Shown here: positions 1 through 13,116 of the stretch, one piece after another | How positions within the stretch are numbered: position 1 is the stretch's first letter | Layout: every line of letters begins with the position of its first letter | Source of the DNA: Tubulanus polymorphus | Taxonomy: Eukaryota > Animalia > Nemertea | DNA: 39,456 nucleotides | Direction: 5' to 3' | NCBI RefSeq assembly: GCF_964204645.1 | Contig: NW_027437487.1 | Coordinates: forward strand, 1 to 39,456 | Program-made: the position numbers and the translations under genes | Notes under the pieces: generated by a model | The model's input: only the letters and a program-made list of their open reading frames with translations | Told to the model about the DNA's origin: nothing | Databases searched by the model: none

Positions 1-543
1 ATTTACTAATACTTCAAACATCGTCTTTTTAACAACTGATAGAACTGATGTTTTCAAGTAAAGAAAAAAGAAGAAAATATCAGATATCGAAGAACCACGA
101 AACGAACCGTAAAGAAGAACTCTTCACAATATATAAGTAATTATGCAGTACTGGTGAATGACGTTACGAAAGTTATTTGAAAATACTATATAAAAAACAA
201 ACACGTTGTTGAAAATGATGTTAATATGATGATAGTTAATGAGCGTTTTTCCCAGGGCACCGTTTCACACTCTTCTGTTGACTTAAAATTCGAATATAAC
301 TATCCGCAGTCAATATCAACACGCGCACGAATCACGGAATATGAATCGAATTCAATTAGTCTCCCGGATTGAGCTAGAGAATTTTGAAAACAGATACACC
401 ACAATGCATAATTTCAGAACATTTGCGGTACAGTTTAACGTGGCGGCCAAACCGAACCAAATTATCATACCCGAAGTTATACAAAATTTCCATAATTGTG
501 AAAACGGCATTTTCCGATTTGAATGTGTGAAAAAAAACTTCAT

Positions 544-609
544 CCAGTCCTGGAAGTGGTTCCATCCACAGTGATCTCCGTCGCTCTGCAGTACATCAGA
601 AAACTAAGG
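544..609 (+). repeat. Dispersed repeat shared with 14948-15025 and 36166-36235
   Basis: CCAGTCCTG..AGTGGTT...TCC.C.GTG.TCT...CG.TC core in three places, all in the same orientation. Confidence 0.7.
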
Positions 610-2288
610 TTCTTGATGAAGATAAACTGGACCAAACATGGTGACCGGTACGGAAATCTCAGGTCGTCGATGAAACGATTCGAGCACGGTGAGACAGAGA
701 CAATTCCCCACTGTCATTTACGAGATGATTTTAAAAGATTTTAATATGTTAAATCGTCTACATATATATCCTTTATGATAGAAGAAGGTTCCTAAAAGAA
801 TATTTTCGGGAGCCCAAAAATTCTTAAAATTTTCACGCCCTGAATATTGTGTTGCATGTTTGAGATTAGTCCCACAAAACAGTTTTGTATACGTTTGTAT
901 GCGTGTGGATGATATTGCGTCAGGCTCACTGAGTGTTGTCGCTCTTGTCGCGTTAGTCGCGCTCTCTCTCTCGACTTGTGGTTTATTTCACCGGGTAATA
1001 ATCCGTACCCATCAAGGACGGCTTAAAGCCTGCCAAATCTAACACGACGCGAATTGCGCCGGCGACGACGTAAATAAAAACTAGCGCCCGATTACAATTA
1101 CTTTTACAATTTGTTTCATGTGTTTGTATCCATGTAAAACAGATATAGCGCCGTACAAACCGCGCTGGTGCATACTCCTCAGTGTATACTGACACTCCGA
1201 ATCAGAATATACTCATTCATCTATAAAACCAGTCCCGATTCTATGATCATGGCCTTAGGACAAAACCAGTCTAAGAACATCTCAGTTCTATAGCAGCAGC
1301 AGCAAATCAAACATCCTAATGACTGATCGATTGGATTAAAATCTCGACTATGGAATTAGCCTTCAAAAACTGGTGATCGCAATTTCAATTATCAGTCTAG
1401 TATTTATTCATTCACCAGGTAATTCTGACCAGTAGGTAGTGGGTACAGTTGCATATAAGTCATGATTTAAGTTCAAAAATGGTCAAAAGACCGATCTTTT
1501 AGTTGTTGGATTGGCTATAGAATTAAGATGGTCTTAGCATGTGATCTAAAATGTAAGCCGTGACTGTAACGAACTCCTGGCTATGATAGGAACGAAATTG
1601 AAGAATTCAATTAGAAAGAAATCAACAACGCGGACTCAGTGGGCATCCCAAAAAACATGGCGCATGGACTGAACTGTAAAATGGTTTATTGTTTGCCGTG
1701 TTGCTCTTCAGAACAGCAAACAAAACTGTTTTTTTTTCAGCTGTGTTCAGGCGACTGCTGCCTGATTCTCGCTTTATACGTGTATCATATGGCGGATTCG
1801 ATTTGATATTTTAGTCAAGAGCGCACTCGACGTCAAGATCGAATTGTCACTATAGCGAGCAGCGTATATACGCAAACACAAACCATGAATTGAAGTATCC
1901 TCAACACACGCCCGTGCCTGTATTTATTCAGGATTCAGTAAGCTACATACAGCCATACCGGCCCAACTACTATAACGCGATACCATATCGTTTTACGATA
2001 ATCTAAAAGCCTGTGTATTTGAGAGAAAAAAACATCACGCTGAAATATCAGTGAAGAACTGCGGCGTTACAAAATTACAATAGAATTTAACGCGTGAAAT
2101 AGCACTGTCGAGTGCAATATGGTACGAATGTGAAACCGACAATGAAAAAACCGAATTGTGAATTCATTAGAAAAAACTAACTTGAAAGTTATTGATCACA
2201 CATATCCCTCAATATGATCGACAATGGATAATGTTCAGGATCAATTAAAGTTATTTCGATCGCAACCCAGTAGACCGGGTAACTACTA

Positions 2289-2372
2289 CCGAAACGTTTG
2301 TCGAAATATATATCTTTTTACTATAGAACTTTTCATTTTTGGCTGAATTTATTGTGGGATTTTTCTCGTTGA
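2289..2372 (+). repeat. Truncated copy of hammerhead family B
   Basis: CCGAAACGTT...AAATATATAT...TTTTACTATAGAACT...TTGGCTGAATTTATTGTGGGATTT aligns with 20645-20729. The CUGANGA half is missing. Confidence 0.75.
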
Positions 2373-2874
2373 TTAGTAACGTCCTACAGCACACCAGTGA
2401 CACCTGGTGGTGATCCCCGGAGTCCTCGATTGTAACGCAGCAGCGCAATAGAGTAACGCCTGCCGGATCCTTGCGTGCCATACGTGGAATCCTCGATTGC
2501 CATAGCAGCGTCGGAGGTTCCTAAATCCATCCCTGAATTAAGGGGTAATATTTCAACGGTGTCGGTTTCTCATTTCGACTATGATATTGTATGTGAAGCG
2601 TCTGTAACCGCCGCAGAACGGGCCGCAGAAAAAACCAAACGACAATCTGTTGAATTACACATGGAATAGTTACCGGTTAGTCGAGCAACAGGATCAATTA
2701 TACGACAACACAGTCATGACTGATACGATTATTGTGAGAAAAGTCACCTCGATTAATCAACATTTATCGATCTATTCAAGCGGTTTACTGTACGGACCAC
2801 GGAACGGACGCGGCACGTGAGGAGCCTTCTGTGCGGCGATACACAAGTGAATTAGCCGAATCGGCCGGTCATAC

Positions 2875-3100
2875 CGGTGCCAACTGGGTCAATGCCTGTT
2901 TGATAATAGTTTGGGCCGACGGAAAATGTTGGCCCGTGACAAATTTTAGCAGGGGTCAAATTATTGCGTATGAATGCTAACTGGCTCTGGAAGTGATTCA
3001 CCTCGCTTGCCACAGCATCTTTTCGGTGACATTTAAGTATCAAATGATCGATGTGAACGCGCTCTCTTATTAGGCACGGGCCAAATTAGACTCGGTTCTG
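2875..3100 (+). repeat. Dispersed repeat, copy 1 (probable DNA-transposon derivative)
   Basis: Collinear with 30095-30342: GGAAGTGA.TCACCTCGC.TGCCACAGCATC and GGCCAAATT.GACTCGGT. Confidence 0.8.
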
Positions 3101-3558
3101 ATCCGGGACAGTTTGACCCGGGCCAAAATCGTCTCTGTATGATCGCGGTGGCTATTGACAGCGCAGTGTGAATGCACTCGGGTCTGTGATTGCGGCTATA
3201 GATGTAGTTGGAGGAGTCTACCTGTAGCCAGCTGGTTTAGACATGTCGTCACGTTTTCACCCAGATAAACACGTGGTCCATGATCGTCTCGTGTGACATT
3301 CTGAATTTAGAAAACGTTGAACCCGCTGAACCCGCTTTAACAGTCACCGGTTCAGTTTAACTTTATGAGATAGCAGTTATAGGTTCATATCCTACGTTTT
3401 TAAGGCTAACGTCAATTGACTGTGGAATTGAGTCCTACACCCGGTTTCAACTGGTGTAAACTTTAATTTAGGGCTTATCAATTGCAAAGATTCGAGTTAG
3501 CCCCGAGTCAAAGATAATACCAGCCTTTCAAAACTCCTCCTGTTTTCAGGCTCCCGAC

Positions 3559-3671
3559 GCCAGTTTGATAGACTGGTATATATTTTGTTTAAACCAGGGG
3601 CTAATCAACTGAAATGAATTCAGTGAACTTCGGATAAAAGATATTAGGCCTACTAGTCTACAAAACTGGCC
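3559..3671. mobile_element. MITE, third Harbinger-like family
   Basis: GCCAGTTTGATAGACT...AGTCTACAAAACTGGCC inverted ends, followed by CTG. Confidence 0.55.
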
Positions 3672-4942
3672 CTGCGCGTTTTATCATGATTATACACCAC
3701 AGTTCTGAACCCAGTTCCGCAGTAACGTTACAATTTGATTCTTGATGATAATTCAGTATTCAAACCCAACCACGTTAAGATATTAGTCGAATCGCGTGAC
3801 CGTTATCTTACACAAGCCTCGCGGGGCCCTTTGACGGGGAATTTCAATAGTCAATTGTGTGGACACAACATATGGGCAATTCGGTAAATATGATAAACGA
3901 CGGCACCAGCCGGTTACAGACCGCGCATATAAGAAGACATGTTTGTATATATATATATACTTAATTAAGCTAATATTTACTTCATCATAACGAAGCTGAA
4001 TTGATTGCGACTGGTGTTTCAAGTGTGAATCCTAATGCTAACTCCAATAGATAATCAAGTCAGCAAGTGCGCTTTATGTCTGCCAGATAATCATCTACGT
4101 AACCTATTAATACTTCTGCACCTTCATCTCTCATTCTCAGCAAAATAAATAAAACAATTATGGTCGAATCGAGACTCGATGTTGTAAACTTCATCCCCTT
4201 CGCGATGAAGTAAGTAACCCAGTTCCACGGTCGTCGTGACTTAAATCGAAAAGTTCTCTTAATTGGCAGTAGAACTCTGTGGACCTTAGACTGATATTAA
4301 ATCTAAGCCATAACTGGTGTATCCGATCTCAGGGGGAGCTAAGTAATACTTTGGAAGGTCTTGTGACGCATTTGACGGCACTTTTGATGATTTCAAAGGC
4401 ATATTTGGAGGCGTATGAGCGATTAAGGCAACGTATTTGAAAATGTCTGCATGGATAGGATGCATTTTATAGCATTTCCAAGTATGAATTTGTCCTTACC
4501 AACGAGGGAAGTTAATAAGTTACATAAAACAGTAATAATCTGGAATAAGAGTTCATTAAGCAGAGGACAAGTTGAAGGTCTTGTACAAAGCCCACAAGAC
4601 TCCGCGCCTGAACAATGATCGAATGGAAACGATGTAAACTGTTTTTATTAATCAACTTTTTAGAAATCAACTGATGCAATTTTAATCTGAAATAAATGCC
4701 GTTACGCATTCCCAGGAGCCGACCAATATAAGCTGCATGTATCAAGCATTATCGAAAAAGATGCCTATTAATTTCTGCCAATAATTTGAAAAAATAGGTA
4801 TCGAAAAACGCGTTCATTTTAATGAGGCTTTGTTTAAAAAAATGAGTGCAAGATGATCGAATTATATCGTTATTTTCAGCTATACCTTATTATTACTGAT
4901 CGGCCTAGATCATCATGTAAAACCGCAATATAATTTGTAATT

Positions 4943-5040
4943 AGTTCATTTCTATAGCGGCCGGGTCTGTTATTGCTAGCTTGATCGTGATTCCTATAAA
5001 AGTAACGTACAGGGTAGAGATAGGCGGCCGGTCGGGTGAA
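4943..5040 (+). repeat. Dispersed repeat shared with 18254-18320
   Basis: AGTTCATTTCTATA.C.GCCGGGTCTG...GCTAGC...ATAGGCGGCCGGTCGGGT occurs in both places. Confidence 0.8.
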
Positions 5041-6239
5041 CTTTTAAACTCGGCACTAATGAAAAACAACAAGGTATCATTTTTTAGCCTAGAAATCTTG
5101 TGCTGACGATCGATGTAAAAACAATCACAAATCTGTGTAAACATATCCGATCCGTCAGTTATAAATGACATCATCAAAAGCGTTTTCGGAACAGGACCCG
5201 AAGAGCTCAGTAAATCACATGTATCTGTCGCTCTGACGCGAAGCGGTCACTAAAAAAAAGTCAATATGATATGCGTCGTATTGAGAGAGCGGGGACGACG
5301 GAATATTGTTGTCGTTCGATTTCTCTCCATTTTCTGTAAGGTCCTCAGTGATTTATGTATTTACGACTTGTTCTGTTTTGTGGGAAACAACTCGATAGAT
5401 GAACACATGTGTCAATGTCACCAACAATCTTACAGAGGACCATCAGATATCGGACGTGGATTCTCTTCGGGAAGGCGCAGTATCGTGTGTCTGGGATGAC
5501 AGGTTTGTTACCAGATAATTCAGGGACAAGTTATAGTTCGATTTTTTTTTACTGATTGACACACGATTTCCCGTGAATCAATTTCGTTGTAAGAATGCGT
5601 AGCGAATCTTTTTTCAAGTATCAAGTTCAAATTCAAATATATTTCAAATTATATCACGGAAAGTATATGTCAGGGATTTTCTATCGATTTCGTTATAAGA
5701 ATGGGCAGCGAATCTTGTTTCAAAAGAGTTTTAAATTTTTTTGAATTTTAATTTTCTTTGTTTTTCTTTATCTAATTAAATTTTCAAGTTTCAAGAACTC
5801 ATAGCTACCTATCAGATGAGAAAGTATTTTTTTAAATCTATGTGTATATGCATGTGGATACCGAACAAATTGATTCTGTATATAGAAATTCATTTTTTTA
5901 TCTACTTGAATGATATATGGAACTATAACAGTACACGCACGATGCAGAAACGTCGATTCATTATTGCGTTTCGTATTCCAAAAGGGCGTTTCTTTTTTTC
6001 GAAGCAATTTTTTTTTGCCGCGAAATACTTAAGTGCCTATCCGTTTCCCATTCGGTCGATAAATAATGCGCACCAGCGCAATCTTAAATTACGAGATAAC
6101 AAACTAATATTTCCCGGTCGAGTCGTTAGATTTTTACTGTAACGCAATATGTCAATAGAGAGCTATATTTCATCTCGGGTAATAGTGCTTTGATGGCCGA
6201 TTGTTCCTTGCTTTCTCACTCTCTTTTTCTCACTCCTGT

Positions 6240-6521
<282 letters not shown>

Positions 6522-6748
6522 AAGCATACATTTAATGCATCATTCAATGTCGTTTCGGAGGAAGATCTGAAAAGAAAGAATAATAATTCCATGTTTCCAT
6601 AAATAAATAACGTGCAAATATCTATCGCTTAATCCTCATATTGCATAATTCTTTTCCACCCGATCGTTACCGCCGGTTACAAACATCGACGCAGACGATG
6701 AAAATATGAATTATGCATTTTTATACTTGTGCAACGGATTTCATTATG

Positions 6749-8259
6749 TTTCGATTGGTCTCCACTGATTCCGGAATTCTCTTCTGCGGCTCTACTAATT
6801 CCGCCGGAATAGCGTAAAACTCGTAAACCTGAAGCGGCCGGTAGAAAGTTCGCTAGGGGCGTACTCTTTTATGACCTCCGAAGTCATCCGTCCGAAATCT
6901 CCGGTTGGCTCCACACAAAATCCGAATCGCACCACCTCGACAGAAAGGAGGTTTCGGAGACTCAAAAAAGTCACGTGACCAATAAAAGAGTACGATTGGA
7001 GGCAAACGGTTCTCCGATCCGATAAAAGAGTTCGCCCTAGGTTTCGAATGGTCACCACTAATTATGGAATTCTCTTCTGGCGCGTTCATTTTGACCGGAA
7101 TACATTCTACCTATTCGGGAATAGCGTAATCTGTAAACCTAATAGAATCAGCCGGTGGAGAGTTTGTAATCCAGAATTGATTGATTTTGATCATGCAGTC
7201 GTGTTATTCTATCACGTGTGATGTGATGACGCCATATTGACCGTCAACCCGACGCGTAGGATAAACATGACTAATCCTACTCCGAAATCTGTAAATGACC
7301 ATATCATCTTTTGTTGGTTACGTATAACAAATCTCCAATACCGACGGCCTAGTAAACGGTAACGTTACGTGTTCGACCGTTCGTGGAAGTCATGTATGTG
7401 ACGTCATATCGGACGTAAATCGTAGGTCTGAGCCACGATTGACGGCCATTTACGACCAGAATGGCGCGTGATGAGTGTGACGTCCATGCATCGTGATTAT
7501 ACATGTGTAACTCTATTCGACTATCGGGTGCCCTGATTTCCTATCCCCGTATATCATGATATATCGTTTAACCACGCCGCGTGTAATGAGACAAATAGGT
7601 CGAATCTAATTGAGATATGTTTTAAAATCGATATCCGGTATAATCGACGGCGAGGTTGTCGCTAATTGCCGGCGTGCAAAAGTACGAACTCTTTTGTATA
7701 TAGATCCTGAAGCGGCGTCGAGACACACGAGCTCCACCGTGATATCCCTTCAAACAACACGACATTTTATACTGTACTCACTGAGAGATAGAGACAGAGG
7801 CTGAGAAGGCGATATCGTCTTTGATGTTCGACTTAACACGATGGGAGAACACGTGATTTCTAACGATTTCTCGAGGGGCCCTGATCTCGGTATCAGTATC
7901 ATGAGTTAGTGAAACAGCCGTTGGGAAGTATGGTTCGTGTTTTAACGAACCGAATATAGAAAATTATCTAGCCGTCATTGCACTTGAAATAAGGCAGAGA
8001 TTTCGATTGGACTCTAACCGATTGCGGATTCTCATCTGGTGCGTTCGTTTCGATCAGAATACTCTCGAACTATTCCGGAATAGCAATAATCTGTAAACTT
8101 GATGAAATCGACTGGAAGAGAATTTGGTAGTTCGATTGGTCTCTACTGATCCCGGAATTCTTTTCTGACGCGTTCGTTTCAATCAGATTAGTTCTACCTT
8201 TTACAGAATAGCATAATTTGTAAATCTGATAGAAGTGGAGAGTTTGTAATCAGGAATTG
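6749..8259 (+). repeat. Four diverged copies of a unit of about 130 bp (6749-6853, 7042-7180, 8001-8130, 8131-8259)
   Basis: Shared TTCGATTGGTCTC.ACTGATT..GGAATTCTCTTCTG...GGAATAGC.TAAT.TGTAAAC.TGA...GGAGAGTTTG. Confidence 0.8.
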
Positions 8260-8275
8260 CTGCTATTCCTAAACC

Positions 8276-8545
8276 AGGATACGCTCAATCTTGTACTTTG
8301 TAGATAACCCACAAGTACATAAATTTAGTAGATTTGTTTAAGTCATCAGATGTGAAACTCACTAGAAAGCTTGCCTTATTTATACGAAGAGGTCTCAAAT
8401 ATTTTGATATCTTGGCTATCATCTATACAAATATAACAGAATTTTGTTTCTGATATTGTGTTGTATTGACATTCATGTTGTATTGTCTTTTTGCTCTTAG
8501 CAAATGTACTTTTGTGAGCAATAAAGTATATTCTATTCTATTCTA
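8276..8545 (+). mobile_element. 5'-truncated non-LTR 3' end, similar clade to the 32.3-32.8 kb element
   Basis: Reads YFVDNPQVHKFS / (+1 frameshift) DLFKSSDVKLTRKLALFIRRGLKYF, then an AT-rich UTR, AATAAA (8520-8525) and a (TTCTA)3 tail. Confidence 0.6.
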
Positions 8546-8596
8546 AGTGACCTAAGGAACGCTGCACTCCGCCACGTCAATGGTAGCAGCAGCATA

Positions 8597-8951
8597 CAGG
8601 GGCGGATCCAGGGGGATGGGTAGACAGTATTGGAAGGAAATTTAAGGGCACCTTTCTGATCTTAGGGCACACCCAGTATCCAGGTCAATGCGAGTGCCGA
8701 AGGCGCGAAGTCCTTCGAAGGGGGTATGGGGGCCCTCCCCCAGAAAATTTTGAAAATATGGTACCATTTAAAATCTTTTAGAGGGCTTCTAGAGACTAAT
8801 TCAGAGCAATTCAGAATAAACGACCCGGACACGGAATTAGCGGTTGCTGAAATAATGCCTTTAAAAATATTGAGGGTGAAATTTCGAAGGGCACTTAAAA
8901 ATTCTAGACCGTATTGGGCAATACGGCTAATACGGTCTGGATCCGCCTCTG
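8597..8951. mobile_element. MITE with 15-bp TIRs and 5-bp TSD
   Basis: CAGGGGCGGATCCAG (8597-8611) and CTGGATCCGCCTCTG (8937-8951) match at 14/15. GCATA lies on both flanks (8592-8596, 8952-8956). Internal GGGGG..CCCCCAGAAAATTTTGAAA motif. Confidence 0.85.
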
Positions 8952-9863
8952 GCATATCGAAATCTGTCTAATTCTCTTCGGTAGCCATCTTGGATCGCGC
9001 ATAATTTCGATGAGGAGTTTGTGAGTCTTGGACATTAAAATCATTCTCTTTATTACATGTACTTAGCGATGGACATTTTTACGAAATTTGTGTATCCAGC
9101 CTTTCGACATACATGAATTTAATAACCACGTCATGATCTGTCAAACGGCCCAGACGCATCTGTTTCAATAGAATACGTATGATATTTCTCAGTTTGATTA
9201 AACGCTGTTCAAATTTGTCGCCTGCCATTCAAGTCTCATTGCAGCTATTTACGTACGGGTGTTTTCTCTGTTTGCAGATAGCACTGATGGGCTGAAATTA
9301 GTAGTTTGTCATCCATCAAACCACTCAGCTCACAGTGCATTATTAGCATATTCAAGATTTATGATTGTCCAAGAGGCCCTGCCGTCACAAGGATTTAAAC
9401 CCGTGAACCCTGGATGCTTTAGTTTATGATGTCATTGATTGAAGAAAATGACGATGTATTAATTCCAGTACGGAACATTTTATCGATTATTTTTAGGCAT
9501 TAATTTAGTCGGTGGCGGTATTTTCTTTTTTCTGGAGAGCCCACACGAATATATTCTACTCAAACGCCATATTGAACCGTATCGCAGTTATTGCGCTATC
9601 GCAACCTTCAATAGCCGGGCCTAGTGTTGTACATTAAGGGTCATTGTGATGACTTTCGATGGACGTTAGATTGAAAACGGCAGTTTTCAATGATTCGCTG
9701 CTATTATTAATAAAAACCAGTAACATTCAGGGGATATGAGTACGTGACATTGAGTTAGTTGAGAGTCAGTCGAGTAGAACCCGGCTGAACTGTGGCCGTT
9801 ATAGAAAAGTGTTATAGTATGCAGCACGCGTGGAGCTCGGCGAGCAACAGAGCGAAACGAGCC

Positions 9864-10088
9864 GCGTTCAGCGCAGGCCGAGTTACCGTGCGCCGTGGAC
9901 CAGGGGTCGCGTTCAGCATAGGCCGAGTTACCGTGCGCCGTGGACCAGGGGTCGCGTTCAGCATAGGCCGAGTTACCGTGCGCCGTGGACCAGGGGTCGC
10001 GTTCAGCATAGGCCGAGTTACCGTGCGCCGTGGACCAGGGGTCGCATTCAGCATAGGCCGAGTTACCGTGCGCCGTGGACCCGGGGCC
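9864..10088. repeat. 45-bp GC-rich minisatellite, 5 copies
   Basis: Unit GCGTTCAGCATAGGCCGAGTTACCGTGCGCCGTGGACCAGGGGTC. Confidence 0.97.
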
Positions 10089-11770
10089 ATTAAAGCTATT
10101 AAACTAAATCATTAATGCTTCTTTTAATACATCGGTGTTATAGTGGATTCTCTGTGGAGTTGAACTGTTGTCATGATAATAATGATACTTAAAACGGGAC
10201 CAATTTATCTAGACGGAATAATCAGTTATACGGTTTAAACCGGGGGACGGATTTTTTAACTCTATCAATGATAGTAATTATTATAAACTTTATTTTAGAG
10301 GGGCCGCGGTCCATAGAAAAAAATTACAAATATATTATACACATGATAAATTCACAGTTGAACACATAAACTAGTTTATATTTATAACCTACAATGATTT
10401 ACAGAAAGTTGCGGTATTATGAGATATGTCTGTAGATTAAATAAATGAATTCTGCTTCGAATGAGTAAAATTTTAGGAGTCTAGTATTTTGAAGTGAATT
10501 GTGTCCCGGCATGTTTTAGTATCGACCCGACTGTATAGAATTCGAAGATTAATTGAGAATTGCATCATCGGAATTATACGCGATTCCTATATTGATATTG
10601 TTTGTCGTCATGGATTTTCAGATAATAATTTCTCATGGCGTTGTTTTTGCTGCTCTAGTCTTTGATATCGTTTTCTCGCGTAATGAACTTCCTCTGATTA
10701 GGTAATCTAATACTTTACGAGATGAATTCTGATTTTGTGATCGTCGCATATCGACGACTGACTGTTGTTTTTCCACGAGATTTAGTCGAATAATTAGACA
10801 TGTCTGTGGGAACCGTGCACCTGACACAACCTGAGTTGATCTGAAGAGAAATTCGCATCAGTTTCAATCGCGTAGTTTTTACTATTTGACTGGAATTGTT
10901 TGTGTTCTCGTGTATCAGATAGAACTTTCCATTCTAAAGTTGGCGTAAATGTTGTGAGGAGAGATGTTACTCCTCGTAAGCCATGGCTACAGTCGTCAGA
11001 GACCGCGACAATACGCGTAGAATCATAGTTCAAAAGTTGTTAAACAACTTTGATTTAATTTACATATACACAGTCCAGAAAAAAACGACTAATAACAAGA
11101 CGTGATCGAAATAGGAGTAGTATTATAGCATAAATAAACCAAAAACCAAACAAAGCCGGATAAACTAAGGGGTACTTAGCTAGATAAAATCACGCATTTG
11201 TAAATGCCAAATACATATTCATGATGAAAAAATAACAATATTGTCTCGCCGCAAGTGTGTCGTTTATCTGTGGCATATGGTAGGGCTTTAGGGCGTGTGA
11301 TCTTCTTCACTGGAAGTTTTATATCCTCATTCGATCGATGGACAGCATCATCATCAGCAGCAGCAGCAGCAACAGTTGTTGAGCCGATTTCGACAGAGAG
11401 CTAGTAATTACTGAGATTTCACCATTTGTATTAATCAAGATTTTCGATCTCGCTAGCAAACGACGGTGACGGTGTAGCGGGGGCGACGATAAGCTTTCAG
11501 CATACAATCTACATTTGCGTTATCTACTAAACTCGACCGCACCGATTCAATGGTCAATACAAGTAACCACAGATTGTCTCAATCGCTTTGATGATTGCTA
11601 CCTTTTGAATGGTAGCCATTTGGGAAAATGTGGAATTACGATTCTCTCTCCGATGTAAGAGTCAGATCATACACACCGCGTGCGTGACGCCGACTACATA
11701 GCGCGATTTAACCAGACCCACAACTTCGAGAGCCTTTCCTAAAAGAAGAGCTATAAAACGAAGTGGCTTT

Positions 11771-12624
11771 GGTTGAAGAAAAAACCAAAAATGTGCGAAG
11801 AAAACCTAAAAGAGTAGCAACGTTTCGACGTTTCGTGAATTCGTTCGTCGGTTCGTTGATGAGCAAACTTTTTTGCGTAAGTCAGAATGATCTGATACAG
11901 AGTTTAGACTCAGTTCTATGTGCCATGTTTAGAACTAAGATAGTAGTGACGTTTAGACTCAATTCTATGTGCCATGTTTAGAACTAAGATAGTAGTGACG
12001 TTTAGACTCAATTCTATGTGCCATGTTTAGAACTAAGATAGTAGTGACGTTTAGACTCAATTCTATGTGCCATGTTTAGAACTAAGATAGTAGTGACGTT
12101 TAGACTCAATTCTATGTGCCATGTTTAGAACTAAGATAGTAGTGACGTTTAGACTCAATTCTATGTGCCATGTTTAGAACTAAGATAGTAGTGACGTTTA
12201 GACTCAATTCTATGTGCCATGTTTAGAACTAAGATAGTAGTGACGTTTAGACTCAATTCTATGAGCCATGTTTAGAACTAAGATAGTAGTGACGTTTAGA
12301 CTCAATTCTATGTGCCATGTTTAGAACTAAGATAGTAGTGACGTTTAGACTCAATTATATGTGCCATGTTTAGAACTAAGATAGTAGTGACGTTTAGACT
12401 CAATTCTATGTGCCATGTTTAGAACTAAGATAGTAGTGACGTTTAGACTCAATTCTATGTGCCATGTTTAGAACTAAGATAGTAGTGACGTTTAGACTCA
12501 ATTATATGAACCGTTGTAGATATAATACGACTCTCTTAGTTTTTCTTCACACGCAACTGTCGGTTTTTTTCTTCAAATGACAGATCACAGACAGTCGCAC
12601 AGTCGCTTGTCTATGGAAACCAAT
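11771..12624. mobile_element. Second member of the palindromic hammerhead element family, carrying an internal 49-bp array; 9-bp TSD
   Basis: Diverged inverted arms at about 11772-11817 and 12527-12577, the same tail CTTGTCTATGGAAACCAA ending at 12623, and AGTGGCTTT directly repeated at 11762-11770 and 12625-12633. Confidence 0.65.
11902..12512. repeat. 49-bp minisatellite, about 12.4 near-identical copies
   Basis: Unit GTTTAGACTCAATTCTATGTGCCATGTTTAGAACTAAGATAGTAGTGAC starts at 11902, 11951, ... 12441, with a partial copy at 12490. No spacers. Confidence 0.97.
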
Positions 12625-13116
12625 AGTGGCTTTATAGATGTGACACCTTTGATTTGAGAAAATCCCAACTGACTCAAAATGTCGAAGTTAAGTCTGAAAT
12701 TGATATTCCGAGGCTACGACACAATTTACACTGACCCAATTCAGCCTTCAAATCACAGTTTACAGCCGAAGTTGACAGTTGCTAGATTGAAAAAACCTCA
12801 ACGTGGCATCCAACTCAAATCGATATGCGTGAACAATATCGTCAGGTTACTCCAGTGTATCACTGTAGCGAATTGAAGCGAGCCCGTCTTTTTCTAGATT
12901 TTCAATATCAACTTCTACAATAGGTCACACAGTTTTTAACAAGAAACCTAACTTGAACGTTTGTTTACGCCATCGAAAAAAACCATTATATTGCTCGATA
13001 TCATCTATGAATAATAATTGATAGTATTACGAATGAATAAAATTATTTTGAATTCGAATTGATCGGCAATCAGAATCCATGTTGTTACAACCGTATGAAA
13101 AAAATCCCAAACTCAC

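Noticed and set aside
5582-5723. Direct repeat of about 36 bp at about 106-bp spacing
   Set aside because: A two-copy local duplication with no further structure.
7383-7399. 17-bp exact match GTGGAAGTCATGTATGT shared with 21401-21417
   Set aside because: The flanks do not align, so it is compatible with chance or a tiny repeat relic.
8662-8971. Opposing 97-aa and 81-aa ORFs
   Set aside because: They lie within a 355-bp MITE and show no transposase motifs.
9792-10115. Three overlapping repetitive ORFs
   Set aside because: They are a by-product of a stop-free 45-bp (3n) tandem unit, with no independent coding evidence.
11902-12512. CRISPR array
   Set aside because: The units are contiguous and near-identical, with no unique spacers, no cas genes, and a eukaryotic context.
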